A stretch of 64,000 nt of DNA from Octopus vulgaris (GCA_951406725.2 OX597814.1:117986001-118050000), one strand, 5' to 3'. Counted from the stretch's first letter, positions 12,728-27,544 are shown. Translations and numbers: made by a program. Notes: generated from the letters alone by a model not told the origin.

Positions 12728-13046
12728 TGTGAGTGTAGTGAGAACAGCGGAGATCCATTTTCTCGATATTCGAAGTGTTTTTAACTTGGCTCTATTTTTC
12801 TATCGAAGGTGAGTGGGATTTAACCTCCATATTTTAGCAATTTATTCGGTATGAGAGGATAATAACTCACTCAGTAACCGTTTTAACATAATATGATATT
12901 CGAAATAACTATTTCTATAGAGCAGTGCAATTATTTCACAATAATATTCATATTTATATGCTATTGAAACATTTTCTGACGAAGCTTATCACTTACTTCA
13001 TATCATCAGTTCAAGTTTTACCTTTATTAATGCTGATGCAATATAA

Positions 13047-13110
<64 letters not shown>

Positions 13111-13274
13111 ATTTGTATGTATGTATATTTATATTTATCTGCCAACTTGATTTCAAGATAAAAAGTTAAAAATGTGAGCATATTTTCATTGGCATGTAAT
13201 ATGTTAAGTATTTTATAGAAAACGGCCATAATAAAATCCACACACATTGTGTAAGTAAATGTGATCACCCTAGC

Positions 13275-13308
<34 letters not shown>

Positions 13309-13382
13309 ATATACGTACATATATAAATATACACACACACACACATATATATATACATATATATACACACATATATATACAA

Positions 13383-13416
<34 letters not shown>

Positions 13417-14248
13417 CTGTATATATATACCAGACGAAATCGTATGATCAGTTGATATACGTAGATATACTATGAGTAAACTAATAGATCATTCAATAAC
13501 CTAATGCTGTTTGATTTTGCAGTGGAACTTCGCTGACATATTCGAATTTCAACATTAGAAATATAATTTTTTTAATCAATTTATGTTATCCACTGATATG
13601 GAATCCGCAACGTCGGTTAATCAATATTCGATTTGCTTCATAGAAACACGAAATGAGAAGCTGTCAGGAATGCAGAAGAAGAAAAAAGTATTATGTATGG
13701 TAAAGGAATGAAATAGAGGGTGCATAATACAAATTACGCGGTATCTTACGTATTAATAATCAGGCGTTATGAAAACAGAAAAGATCGATATACTTATATC
13801 TGATGCATTGATTATTTCAACCTTTGATCATACGAAAATAGATTTCTCAAAAACACTTGGTAACACACATATATATATATAAATATAAACATAAAATCAA
13901 ACCAATATTGATAAAGATAAGAACCTAATCGCTGTTTAAAAGTGATATCGATGTGAGCAGGGAGTCCAGATTCATAGGAATTATAGATTAATATAAAAGC
14001 TGTAACTATTGAATATTAATATCAATTCCGATGTATATATGCGTTTGGATTCTTACAAATATTGGTGTTTTTAAAATATTTTAAAATCAACAATGTTAAA
14101 TATATTTTTACCTTGTATATATGTTTATGTCATCGTGCATCCCTCGCTCTTGCAATTCTTGCTTGTGACATATGTGTGTGTGTGTGCATACACTCATACA
14201 TGCAGATATATGTGTGAGCGTGTATATATACATATATATATTAATATA

Positions 14249-14288
<40 letters not shown>

Positions 14289-14349
14289 AAGAGAGTGACA
14301 GAGAGAGTGAGTGAGATATATACATATATATATATATGTATATACATCC

Positions 14350-14670
14350 ATAATATAAAAGGTAAAATTAATTAATTAATTAATAATTAATAAATTTACC
14401 AAGTAGTTGAGTATGTTAAAAGAATCATTATCGGTAATCTTGTACATAAAAGTTTATAATTATAAGTATAATTATAATCAGGGTTCAGCAAAAATTACCG
14501 AAATTTAGAAATCGCAGTTAAACTAACTATTTCACTACTATGAAAAAATCTCCCAGATAGCAATACTCATTCTTTCTTTCCTTTCCTGAGCGCCCAATAA
14601 AACTATACTTGTTCCACGTCCTCGCGTTGTTGTGTTTTTCTCTTTGTTCATGCTTGGATTAACTTTATAT
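14350..14670. mobile_element. Rearranged mosaic retroelement tail within (TA)n; related to 55197-55400
   Basis: About the first 75 nt are direct-repeated at 55197-55275. Segment 14452-14560 is the reverse complement of 55275-55390. Confidence 0.6.
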
Positions 14671-14690
14671 ACATACATACATACATGCAT

Positions 14691-14830
<140 letters not shown>

Positions 14831-16369
14831 TGTGCAAATAGAAGAAGATAGTGTATATATAAAATTTGATGTCTGCAAATAAATTTCGTTCATCAGATCT
14901 CCACAGCGAGCTCTTGAAATGATTGCCCCCACATACCTCTTCCAGTTAGTATGTAAAAGACTGCGTTGCGCTGAAGTAAAATTACGCTGTACCTTTTTTT
15001 TATAATACGACAAACAATAAATTTATACGTTTGTATAATTGGGGTTTATAATTTGAGATTTAAACCTGTCAGTAAATTCCTGAGAATCGTTGTAACATCC
15101 GGCAATAAGTATTGTAATAATGATCCGGTTGGTAGACTTTGTTTTGAGTTCAGATCCATCCTACCTCAGCTCCCCAGCAATATAATTGGACAGAATAATA
15201 AGGATGGGTGTGGCGGAGAATCTAGTTTAATATCGGCAGTGTTCAAAAACCTTTTAATTTTCTGTAGTGAAATTCCTCCATTTGAATTCGAGTCATTCGT
15301 TATACAAATCATTAGGATTAGATGTTTTCATCTCCGTATAATCGAGATCACTGCGAATTTCTACTCGTATGTATTGCGATGACTTTTCGATTGTGGTTCC
15401 ACAATATCTAGTGGAAAAGACCTCAAGAATAATTATCTCTATAATTCTGGCGATTGTGCCAAGACTACAGCTTTGCAATTTCGAGAAATATTTACTATTA
15501 GACCGTTCGTACATGTAGTATGTTCTGAATGAGAATAGTTAATACATTTGAATCATTCTATCAAAATTTTGAGTCCAAAGTTCCCTCTATTTCTAATAAG
15601 AATATAATCCGAAGTATAACTATAGAAGGCAAATGTCGACGTATTACGTTTGTCCGGGCAAAGTAATTTACTTCATTGCATGGTGTAAAAATATTAAGGA
15701 CTACACATATTCTAAGCACAGATCTTTGACATGTTGTAGATCATGTTTTAACATAGAGCTAATAGTGCTATCTACAAGGGCTATAATAACCCTCCACGGA
15801 AAATAATTTACTCATATGGTATATGCAGTCTTTGAACAATTGGAAATGTCCCATCTTCATCAGGATCAAGGAAACACACCAATCACGACAATCTACAACA
15901 CATTCAAATGAGTTCGAATTTTCTCACCATAAGTGCAAAACATTATCATTTGTCTGTACGGGAGATGGCGCATATTTAAAATGAAACCACAAAATAAGTG
16001 CTTCCGACGTAGTCTCCTATTAGCGTAACGTTAATTAAAGTTCAAATTCCATTGAATTTACATGGGAGGAAAACTAAACAACATACTAATTTTACCTCAT
16101 ACACTTTAACAAACTAGAGTTATCTGATCAGTTAGAAATTCCAGAACTAAATTCTCAATCGTGGGCGGCTACATTTCCAAATGGTTTTCCAGGCAATGTT
16201 GGCCGCATAGCATCATATATCGGTCGATGACACTATTTCGAAACAATAAAGCCGGTTAAGTTAGCATAAATATGTCTTCAAGGCTCAAAATTATCTTTTC
16301 AGATTCATTCGATTATAATGGAATGTGCGTGAAGATGTACGAATATATTTCCTTTTATTTGATTCATGA

Positions 16370-16550
16370 ATTTGACTGCGGCCATGCTGGTGCACGGCCT
16401 TTAGTCAAACAAATCGACCCCAGGACTTATTCTTTGCAAGCCTAGTACTTATTTTATCGGTGTCTTAAACGGAACCGCTAAGTTACGGGGGACGTAAACA
16501 CACCAACATAGGTTGTCCAGCGATGGTGGGCGGACAAATAGTTACACAAA
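16370..16550 (-). mobile_element. SINE 3' module (family A/D)
   Basis: tttgactgcggccatgctgg...aatcgaccccaggacttattcttt...gaaccgctaagttacggggacgtaaacacacca matches 41513-41700. Confidence 0.85.
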
Positions 16551-16564
16551 TATATACATACATG

Positions 16565-16596
<32 letters not shown>

Positions 16597-16619
16597 ACTT
16601 GAACCGGGTTCAGCTCAGG

Positions 16620-16790
16620 AGCTGTGGCCATGCTGGGGCATCGTCATTTAGTTAACCAGTTCCAACGACTGGCTTCTTTCAGTTTCCGTTTACTAAATTC
16701 AATCAAAAGGCTTTGTTTCGCCCTAGGTTATAGCAGAAACACTTCATCACGATTTCACAAAGTGGGACTGAACCCAGAACAAGCGATTCC
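16620..16790 (-). mobile_element. Degenerate, deleted SINE (family A/D)
   Basis: ggccatgctgggg, ttctttcagtttccgt and agtgggactgaaccc match other copies. Confidence 0.6.
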
Positions 16791-16908
16791 TATACATATA
16801 TGTGTGTGTGTTTGTTTGTTTGTTTGTGTATTTGCATGTGCACGCGTGTATGTCTGTGTGTGTGTGTGTCTGTTTCTGTGTCTGTCTGTATGTATGTCTG
16901 TATGTATG

Positions 16909-16948
<40 letters not shown>

Positions 16949-16956
16949 GTATGTAT

Positions 16957-17038
<82 letters not shown>

Positions 17039-17308
17039 GTGTGTGTGTGTGTGTTTGTATGCACGCTTATATATATGTATACACACACACGCACACACAC
17101 TGTAGAGTAAATCAGACGAAACGTTATGGTAACAACAAGCAAGTTGAGGATACATATCCGTCCAATGTAATAATGTAAATAATGTATATGCAGGAATATT
17201 TTGCATTAGTGATTTTCAAATAAAAATTTGTGAATATCTAGTGATAATTTATAGCTTCAGAATATAAAAAATCGGAGATTAATATTAGTCTGCGTTTATC
17301 ACTAAATT

Positions 17309-17520
17309 CTTTTCTACTCTAGGTACAAGTTCCGAAATTTTTGGTTGGGGGAACAGTAGATTACATCGTCCCCAGTACTGAAATGGTACTTAATTTATCG
17401 ATCCTGAAAGGATGAAAGGCACATTCGACGTCGGTGGGATTTGAACTCAGAATATAATGACAGACGAAATACCGCTAAGCATTTAGCCCGGCGTGCTAAC
17501 GTTCCTACTATTCCGTTGCC
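17309..17520 (-). mobile_element. Full-length SINE (family B) with 14-bp target-site duplication
   Basis: TSD TTTATCACTAAATT lies at 17295-17308 and 17521-17534. The minus strand has a tRNA-like B box (gagttcaaatccc). Confidence 0.9.
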
Positions 17521-20500
17521 TTTATCACTAAATTGAAAGCCCTATGATGAAAATGAAGCACACAATTTTAAAAGATAAATCATAGATTTAAACTAATTAA
17601 TAATAGATATCTTATTATTCTTCAGTGTTTCATTGAAACATTTACCGAAAATTAAACTGAATACTATACATCTCAAGACTTCATTATAGGTATTGATGTT
17701 CCGTCATAAATGTGAATGATGGAGAGATGTAATTGCTGTTTCGGCAAATGTGGGTGACGGGATAAATGAATTGAAAGGGCTGAGGACGTTATTATGAATA
17801 CAAGCAAGACATTTCCTTTATATTTATATAAAAATAAGCTACCTGTTTCAAATCTTTAAACTAATTTAGTCATGCTCTTATTGATTGAAAATTAAATTGA
17901 AACAAATTTATTTTTCATGACATCAGTTTTGGAAATTCACGTGTTCTTTTACAAAATTTATTGTGTTGGTCATTATAATTCTTCTAATAGCTTCTGGATA
18001 GCAAGCCTACACACATTTCTGTCTCGTACATTTTCAGTAAACATATTAGCAGCCAACTAAGCTACAGTTCTAATTGTACATGATGTGAATAGAAGACAAC
18101 TGATGATTTTGTAGTGCAATGTGATGATGTTTAAATGAGCATAAACGTATTCGGTATAAAAATTAACTGTTAGAAGTGCAACCTCAGCATTTATAAATTG
18201 TGGCAATGCTATAATTAATTACACAAAAGGCAGGCATATACAGTAGATTCTCAATAGTTGTGAAACTAAATACAATTGTACAGGCACAGCATTTCACATA
18301 TAAGAATTTTATCTGTGATTTACCTGTAAATAAATGTATCGTAATGTTCCCGGGAAGACATTATTTTTTTATATTGGAGCATTAACTAATGAAAATGTCG
18401 CATTACTAATGCTTTACAATGACAGTTCTCTTTCATATACAAAAGAAAACTTATTAAAGTAACTGTAATGAATTGTTTCATTTATAAATACATGCGTGAT
18501 TGATACATTTATTGTATTATGGATTATCTCTCTCCGCTGCATTGCATTTCCTTAAATTCTGAAAGCGAATCACGAAGACAATTATATTGTATCCGTCTGA
18601 CAGAGTAAACATATATTTGTTCGTGTAGTTGCGTGTTTCAGTGTATCCGTGTATTTGTCACAGTGAATGAGTGTATGAGAGCGAGGAAAGATGGTTGCTA
18701 ATATCAGTTTACTATATGTGCAAGCTTATGAAACGAAGCTTATAAATTGACAATGACATGCTATAGACAAACAGGTAATAATGTTAAAGAAAATATCTGA
18801 TGCTCTCAATATTAGCTATAAAATATATTGGTCAGTATACTGAGTGAACATCTTTCAAGCAATACCGTTGTGATTACCTATCTCTGTCATTATGTTTCTA
18901 ATGGTGTAATATTCGGTGTACCTTCTACTGTCTCCCTAGATATACTGTACTAGAGTCGATAACGTATATAACAGAGTCTAATGCAGTGAAGTGTATAGTC
19001 ACGAGAGTAATAATCTAAATAATGACGTCTGTCTAGAAAACAAAGACTTATTAGATTTCCAACGTGCCGTATGCGATAGTAGTTTTTGTTGCAACTAAAT
19101 CATTCAAAGTTCACTGGTTGAGCTTGATTTGACGCTTCCGACACGCTACATGAAACGTTAAGTTTAGAAAATGTACCCGCATGCCATTAAATACGAGATA
19201 TTTCCATCATTTTACGCATGAGAAACGCCCATAATCTGAAAATTCTACGGTGTTGTATATGTAAAAGACGGTTATAAATTGTAAAATATCAAAAGTAATT
19301 ATTGACACATGTCAAATAAACAATAAGCGTTAAAGCCTAACTATGTTATAGTTTCTGTTTTATGACATGAATAATAGGCATAAATAGAAATAAAACTTAG
19401 CCTCGAATATCATACTTGCATTGCAAAGTATACGACCAGAAAGCATAAAGTTTACTTCAAAGGAATTATGTTAAAGTACATTAAGTATGATTTTCTGATC
19501 GATATATTACATTTAAATACACTATAATCACAGGTACGTATATATGTTACTAAACCAACACTTCCATAAATGCAGTGTGTAGTCGGATATATCCTAAAAT
19601 CATTGATTCTTGTTTCTAGGCAAAAAGATAGTCATGGAAATTTGACGTCGAACATAATGTAACCGGCATATGTTAAATGCATGATAAAAATGATGTTAGT
19701 AATGTTGGTGGTGATGATGATGATGGGATAATGGTCATGGTGATGATGTTGATAATCACGATCATGATGATGCTGGTAGGGACGATGAGAACGAGGAACT
19801 ATGCGACTGATGACGATTTTTCCCGGTAATATTCAATGCAACAGAAGTAATGTTACCGGTGTTAACATGTTTAGGCCATTCAATTTCTGCGTAACATTAC
19901 ATAGGAGACACATGCATAAATGGCGGCACATAACACACCACGCATTCGTGTTTTACGTAGAAAACTGCGTGACTTATTTATTCAGTATTATATCGACAAA
20001 ATACATGAAGCAAGGAAACTGATAAGCCTAAAGAACATTTCTCGTGAAGGAATTCCTGATTACTATGTTTTTTTATATATTACAAGTCATCTATTTAACC
20101 TGTTTGTATATGGAAATTTATCGATGATAATTATGGAAGTACACACCGTGAGTTCAAAATTTCAAAGCAAAGTAATAGTAAGTAATATATTTCCAAGAGT
20201 CAAGATCAATAAAATGTAAGGAAGCAAATGTTTAATTATAAAAGAAAATAATTTTATAATATTTTTGTATAGACCTGTTAACCTCAGGCGTAGTTAGATC
20301 ATAATGTAGTAAGCTGGTTTCTAACTCAGTGAACTTATGCATATGTAACACGAATATCTTCAATAGTATTTTCGTAAAATTGATACAGTGTTGTATAACA
20401 TTGCATCGGTTTACAAAGTAAAGCTTCAGCAAGATACTAACCGTAATGTAGCAAGTACTTGTGTTATTACATTTAGAGAAATGGGAGATTTTGTATTAGG

Positions 20501-20588
20501 ATTCTTCATCTGTTTTAAAAACTATGTAGGTAGCAACAGTATTGATTCTACTGCAGGTCATCGTACCGCCTTATAGTGAACTAAAATA

Positions 20589-21142
20589 CGAGGGTGAGTC
20601 AAAAAGTAATGCAGTTTTGTTGAGGGCAAGTATAATTACTAACATAGTTACATGTATCATACATCGAATTCTGTGAATTACATCCCTACTTCTCAAGATA
20701 GTCACCGTTTCTCTTAATAGCAATGTTCCACCTTTGAATGAGAACATGTATCCCTGCCCTGTAAAATTCTGTTGACTGTACTTTGAGCCACTTCTTCACT
20801 ACAGTTTTCACTTCCTCGTCACTGGCCTATCATATCCACTGGACTATCATCTCTTCGGCCCCATGAAAGAGGGGTTGAGAGGCAAACATTATTCCAGTAA
20901 CGAGGAAGTGAAAACTGTAGTGGAGAAGTGGCTCAAATAACAGCGAACAGAATTTTACGAGGCAGGGATACATGCTCTCCTTCGAAGTTGGAACATTGCT
21001 ATTAAGAAAAGCGGTAAGTATGGTGAGAAGTAGAGATGTGATCCACAGAGGACCAGCTTCATTTTGATGTATGAGACATGTTCCTGTGTTGGTAATTATA
21101 CTTGTCCTAAACAAAATGACATTACTTTTTGAATCATCCTCC
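20589..21142. mobile_element. Mariner-derived fold-back MITE with about 240-bp inverted arms and TA TSD
   Basis: Ends read TA|cgagggtgagtcaaaaagtaatg ... cattactttttgaatcatcctcc|TA. The right part translates to the mariner C-terminus DYHLFGPMKEGLRGKHYSSNEEVKTVVEKWL..EFYEAGIHAL..W. The left arm is its reverse complement. Confidence 0.9.
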
Positions 21143-22314
21143 TATTTCTAGTTTAAAAGGAAATGCTGAATTATAATGGTAAAGCAAACGCTGGCTTTAA
21201 ACCATATGTTTGTTAGACAAATGAGACTATTATTGCTGTCTCAACCATAATTATTTAAACTATATATTTTCATGTGTCAGTGAATTAATTAAAAGTAAGC
21301 CATGATCATTCCTTCTCATGTCATACACTAGATACTAGTGTAGCCAACATTTAATTGTTTTTAAAATATCAATTGCTACTTGTTATTCATATGAATATAC
21401 TACAATTTATCGCTACTATGATATCTATTGAAAATTATCCAAATATGATGTAATATATAAGCAATTACCTAAGCTTCGATATGTTTGTATTGTGGTCATT
21501 TTATCTACACGCTTGATCTTCTAATAAATGCCAGCAATTAATAGTCAGTGATAATTCACTAAATATTTAGTCCATCATAACCAGTAACAAAATATCCTTT
21601 TCAGATAAGCTATTGGTTATGATGATAGTAACGTATTTTGTTTTGAAGATATAATCAGTTCAAAAAGTTTTGCTATGTTAATCAATTTAATTACGTCTAT
21701 TCAAATGAGAAGTATAAGATCATTATTGCAAACTACAGATATTCCAAGATATTATCTAGTTATAGAGTGAAGGCACTATAACAAACAGGATAGATTTTAC
21801 GTTCCTTCAAATGTAGGTTTCTGAAGCAATTGATAATGTTAAAACTATTCAATCATCAAATTGTATGTGTCTCACTTTTTGCTGTCTCAAGAACTCTACT
21901 TGTCTATACACATACACACGCACATATGCACACTCCAAAAATACACATAAACGCATACACAGAAATCATACACACTGACATACGTGTGTATGTTGTACAT
22001 ACTTACAGGGTCATATATATATGTAGGTAAATTAATATACATATAAGTATATGCAATTCATATAGTATATGTATTCTTAGAGAAAGACAGAAAGAGTGAG
22101 AGAAGGCGCACTTGCACACATTCAGCAATTTAATATATATTCATCTGCGCTTTAGTAATTCAGGTACACTGATTACACTCAGGCTAAAATAGATCTAAAA
22201 ATTTCTCCTGTATGCTTAAGTATGTCATATTTATATTAATCTTCCTCTTGATGCATTGAAAAACACCACTATTTTAAGACAAGATATGTGCTTACAAGAC
22301 ATATATATATACGT

Positions 22315-22422
<108 letters not shown>

Positions 22423-22883
22423 TACCTCTTGTTTTAGCATGCGCACATAGGATAATTATGCACGAACAAATGCGTACATAGAGATATATGTATTGATGTA
22501 TAGAATGCCTGTCTGTGTGTAGGTGTGTGCTAACTATACGTACGTGTATATATTTGTGTTTGTATATATTTCCTTGGAGACGGTTTCATGTTTCATGCTT
22601 GAATATAATTCCTTTGGTTATATTTTATAATCTCATAAATTAAATTTATTTTCTGTAAGTCTAAGCGGATTTTATTTAGCATATACATTAATATCACCGT
22701 TTTCCAATTAATTTTATCCTCTGCATTATTTCTTAGTCAGGAATACAGATTACTATTTCTATGATAGTTTATGAAGGACGTTGTTTAATATCTTTTCATT
22801 TCCATGTGTTTTAAAGCTTCTTCTGTTTCATGTATTTTATATGAAATGTTTTTTTCCAATATTATCATAACAGTATATATATG

Positions 22884-23004
<121 letters not shown>

Positions 23005-23046
23005 ATATATACATATATATATATAAATATATATATATACATATAT

Positions 23047-25240
23047 AAACTTAGATAAACTTAGATATGTTTCGACCAAAGATTGGTCCAGGCCATGTCT
23101 AACTTAATAGCACCACCTGATAGGATTGATTATTTGAATCCTGTTTAAGTCAAGTTTTGTTTATGATCCATTCAAGTAGTGAGTTTTTGTTGGGTGAGTT
23201 GTATCTAAATATGGGTGGCTTATCTGGTATTCCTTGAAGGAATCTATCCAGACTCCGTTTAAAGTTGATGCGACCCTTTTCCTCTTTGATCTCTTTCGGG
23301 ACAATGTTAAATAGGGCTGGGCCTGTTGAGGAAAAAAATTATGTTGCAGTGTACATGTATGCTGTGATCTTGAATTGGGCAGGGGACGTATGGCCCGTGG
23401 TCCCAGTCTTGGATGAACCTTGAAGCTAATGTTCAGGTCGTTTGGGCAAAGTTGGGGGTATATTCTTCACATCCTACAAATGATGTACCGCTCACGGCGA
23501 CGCTGGAGAGAGTAGAGTTTGAAGGCTTTAAGGCGATCCCAATAATCGAGAGCAGCCATGCCTTCAATTAGTTTAGTGAGTGCCCTCTGGGGTGATTCAA
23601 TCCTCGAGATGTTTTGTCTTGTATGGGGAGACAACAGTGGGCAGCAGTATTCGTGGTGTCGCCGTACAAAGGAGGAGAAAAGTGGTATAATGACACCTTG
23701 TTCTCTGGACCGGAAAGTTCTTAAGATCCAGGAACTCATCCTACGAGCTATATCGACCTTTTTGTTGATGTGTGCACTCCAACTGATATCGTCATCAACA
23801 ATTACACCCAGGTCTCTAATATTGTTAGAGGCTGTGAGCGGTTCCCCTGAAGGAAGAGAATATGGCTGTTTTAGTGAGGAATTTCTTCCAAAATGCATCA
23901 GCTCAAATTTTCCCTCGTTCAGTTGCATTTTGTTTCTGTCTGCCCATTGACTGACAGCATATAGATCAGACTGGAGTTGAGTTCGGTCTGCTTCTTTATT
24001 GACAATTTGCTGGAGCTTAGTGCCATCAGCAAAGATTTTCACTTTGCAGTAATGTACGACACTGGAAAGGTCGTTTATGTAAATTATGAAGAGTAGCGGA
24101 CCCAAGACAGTCCCCTGGGGGACACCGCTGGTGAATTTTGCTGGACTTGAGTGGACTCCATCAACTACAACATGTTGTGTTCTATTCGCCAGGAAATACT
24201 TAATCCAGTGTTGAACTTTTCCACGGATTGCAACATTTGCCAATTTTGAGAGTAGAATATTATGGTGTACCCTGTCGAACGCTTTACTGAAGTCAAGATA
24301 TATGACATCAGAGTTCGAACCTGTTCCCAAGGCTTTCAGCATATCTTCAATGTGGTGTAAGAGCTGTGTTAGACAGTCCCTGCCACAGCGAAAGCCATGC
24401 TGATTTGAATTTAGGAGTTTGTGGGTCTCCAGGAAGTCAGCTATCCTTGATCTTAACACTCTTTCAAACACTTTAATGATGTGGGAGGTGAGTGAGATTG
24501 GGCGATAGTTGAGTGAAAAGGGGTCTGTTTCCCTGTTTGAAAACCGGGATTACTGACTGGGATAGAAACTGTTTCGGTATATAACCTGCATCTAACGAAT
24601 TTCTCCAGAGGTTGGTCAGAGGGACTGCAAGTTGGTGTCTACATTCCTTCAGGAGACTAGCGGGGAATCTATCAAGGCCTATAGCAGAGTAGTATTTGAC
24701 CTCATTATTGCTGCTATGATGTCAGTGGCAGTGAAGGTTATGTCTGAGATTTTATGCTGGGAGTCAACTTCGTTTGCTTCTCTTACGTCAATATCAGTGG
24801 GAACACTAAAGACAGAGCAGTATTGTTTCTGCAGTATTTCTGCCATTTCTTTAACATCGTGTTGGGGAATGCCGTTATCATCAATCAATGGCCCAATGGG
24901 TGAGACAGTGATTCTATGCTTATTTGCATAAGAATAGAACACTTTTGGGTTCTGTTTGATGTTTTTGATTACCCACTGTTCCTCCACAGCTCTTTGATTT
25001 TCAATGGAGGTTTTCATATCGCTCTACAGATGAAGTTTTTCCAGCTCTAGCCTTTTCATTATTGTTGAATGTGAATGTGGTATGTGGGAATATTTTAATT
25101 GGTTGATTTTTTTGTTGAGTCTTTTGATGCGCCTGATGAGTGTTTTTCTTTCTTTTTAGAGAGCCGGTTTCTGTTTGTGTTAGTAGATCTCGTGGGAGCG
25201 TGTTTAGAGCATGTATAGGTGACAATATTTTCAAAGTGCT
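23047..25240 (-). mobile_element. CR1-clade LINE, 5'-truncated, decayed, between two (TA)n tracts
   Basis: RT motifs QHGFR, YLDFSKAFD, GVPQGTVLGPLLF, then CR1-type C-terminus (RDLGV.VD..SW..HI, YC.P..SP, LYSLQRRRER) and upstream NPKVFYSY. The 3' end has a stem-loop followed by (atctaagttt)x2. Confidence 0.9.
23467..24471 (-). pseudogene. LINE reverse transcriptase domain, catalytically mutated
   Basis: 334-aa ORF in which the catalytic FADD reads FADG. Stops and frameshifts lie on both sides. Confidence 0.85.
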
Positions 25241-25269
25241 GCTATGCGGTCTCAATACATATATGTATG

Positions 25270-25430
<161 letters not shown>

Positions 25431-26699
25431 CAACATGGAAGTGAATCATTAGTAAATTGTTGAGAACAAAGAATTTAACTTTATTATGCAGCTTTTTCTG
25501 AATTCTACTAGTTAACCTCATTCGACATATTTATCTCAACCTCAAGAGTTATCAGTTGTGAAGGAATCTCTCATTTCTGCCTATAAATAGTGACCTTTTG
25601 CTTTCATTGACCTAAATTATCTCCAAATATTCCCTTTGTTCGTATCGATTTCAGCAACATATGTATATATATATATATAAATGTGTCTTCTACTCATTTT
25701 ATATGCAATATTTATGCTTAGCGTTTAAGTTAAATTAATTCCTATCGCTAAACCTAGATATATCCAGTGTCTTTGGCTGGTGATATCTTGCTGTTTAGCA
25801 TAAATAGCGTCGTGATGTCACAGTATGTTTACTTATCTATTTGGAGCTCACTAAATCAATTCCTAACTATTCACTCTCATTGAAACTTTCCAGATAACAT
25901 TCATGAATTAATACTCTAATCATGCCAATGCATCACCGAGTTGAATATCAACGAGCAAGAGCTGATAAGATTAAATCTGCCTGAAATTGCAATTCTTCCA
26001 TGTTCTTTATCCATGTCGTATACTGCCAAGCCACGTCAGCTACTTACAACATCGAGTTATTTTACAAGCATTTCATGTATTACTTCTCATAGTGCCTCAC
26101 AATACTATTGGTGACTTCGTTAGGAATTTACTTCTCTGTGAGAAAGTATCCCTAATAAAATTGCAACGGACAGCAATCCAATAATCTTCCACGGACATGC
26201 ATTAAAACTCGTGTTCTAGCAAAAATCATTTACGTAATAAGATACAAGACTACTTTATACAATAGAAATAAGATCCAATGGTTTTTTACATTATAACTAA
26301 CAGTAATTTGAGTTGAGGTATCTATCTATGTTCAGAGAAATGCGGAAAGTAGGCATCGGCGGCCTGTGGCTTTCTTTTTCGTTTCAGCAGTATTCATAAC
26401 GTGTAGCACAGTATTTATCAATTGTATATCCTATAAACTATAATGTAGAAACAATATTTAGTTACATACTTCTAATAATCATATGGTATTGAAATTGTAT
26501 TTTCTATTTGTTAAATTTACCTCAGTAAAATCGGATATAATTTCTTTATATAGATATGTATGTGTGTGTGCGGGTGTGTGTGTGTGTGTATACAAGCATG
26601 ATCACACACACAGAGAATAGTCTATCCGCCTGAAGAAAACAAATTTTATGAAACATCATTTTTCAGCAATGTTCAATATATGTATATATATATATATAT

Positions 26700-27379
26700 A
26701 CTAGTTGAGGTACTTCGGGGCTAATCCCTTGGTTCCGTTCTCATTTTTGTTTTGCTAATACAATAACAATGCAAAGTATGTAGCCCTCAAAACGGTTTTT
26801 ATGTATGTACTGAGAATACCGGACTCTCTTACACAGGATCTTGTTTTTAGAAATAAGTTATGTACACTAAATTCGTGAAGCATGTTGCTTAATAACAGAC
26901 TAATCAGATATGAGATATTAACAATTCAAAGTAAATAACTCTGAAAAGGTCTTTTGTGGGATCCCAGATAATAATTACCTTCAGCGGCACTAGTGTTGCT
27001 ATATTCGTGAATAAATCACTGACCGAAATAGGTTGATCTATTGTTCAGGAAAATGCTATTTAGTTGTTTAAGGGTTGTATTGGATAAATTGCAAAAATAT
27101 CTCTAAAATTCCGATACTAAGAAATAAGCATAGTCCAATTTCAGTTATACCAAATAATTTATGAAAATAGATGGGTTACTTCTCTTGGCCGTTAAAATGA
27201 AATATATTGGATATATATGAGGATCCCTTCCAGTGTCCCTGTTATCGACTTTTTCAAGAATCTGAGTATGCTATGAGGTTTCCTGACATGAGTACTACTC
27301 ACATGTCACGATAAAACGATGGAGAAGTTCGCTAACAATTCCACAAACACACCCACAGAGAAATGTCCCACATTTCAAG

Positions 27380-27380
<1 letters not shown>
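26700..27380 (+). mobile_element. Possible non-autonomous Helitron-like element in (TA)n
   Basis: Starts actag plus an imperfect GC hairpin right after (TA)n, and ends acaaacacacccacagagaaatgtcccac...(TA)n. This is a recalled architecture only. Confidence 0.3.
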
Positions 27381-27414
<34 letters not shown>

Positions 27415-27544
27415 GTGTGTGCGTGTGTGCGTGTGTGCATACACATCTATATACACACACACACAGCTTTAAGTATTGGTGATATATATATATATATACA
27501 CATATATATGCGTTTGTTTGTGTGTGTCTGTGTGTGTGCGTGTA

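Noticed and set aside
17097-17132. CTGTAGA-GT..AC-GAAACGTTA hammerhead-like string
   Set aside because: Stem I is only about 2 bp and lies within a CA repeat, so it is compatible with chance.
23060-23095. Stem-loop plus GAAAC resembling hammerhead stem II (also in SINE tails)
   Set aside because: No CUGANGA-type core or stem I. It is better explained as the LINE/SINE 3' recognition hairpin.
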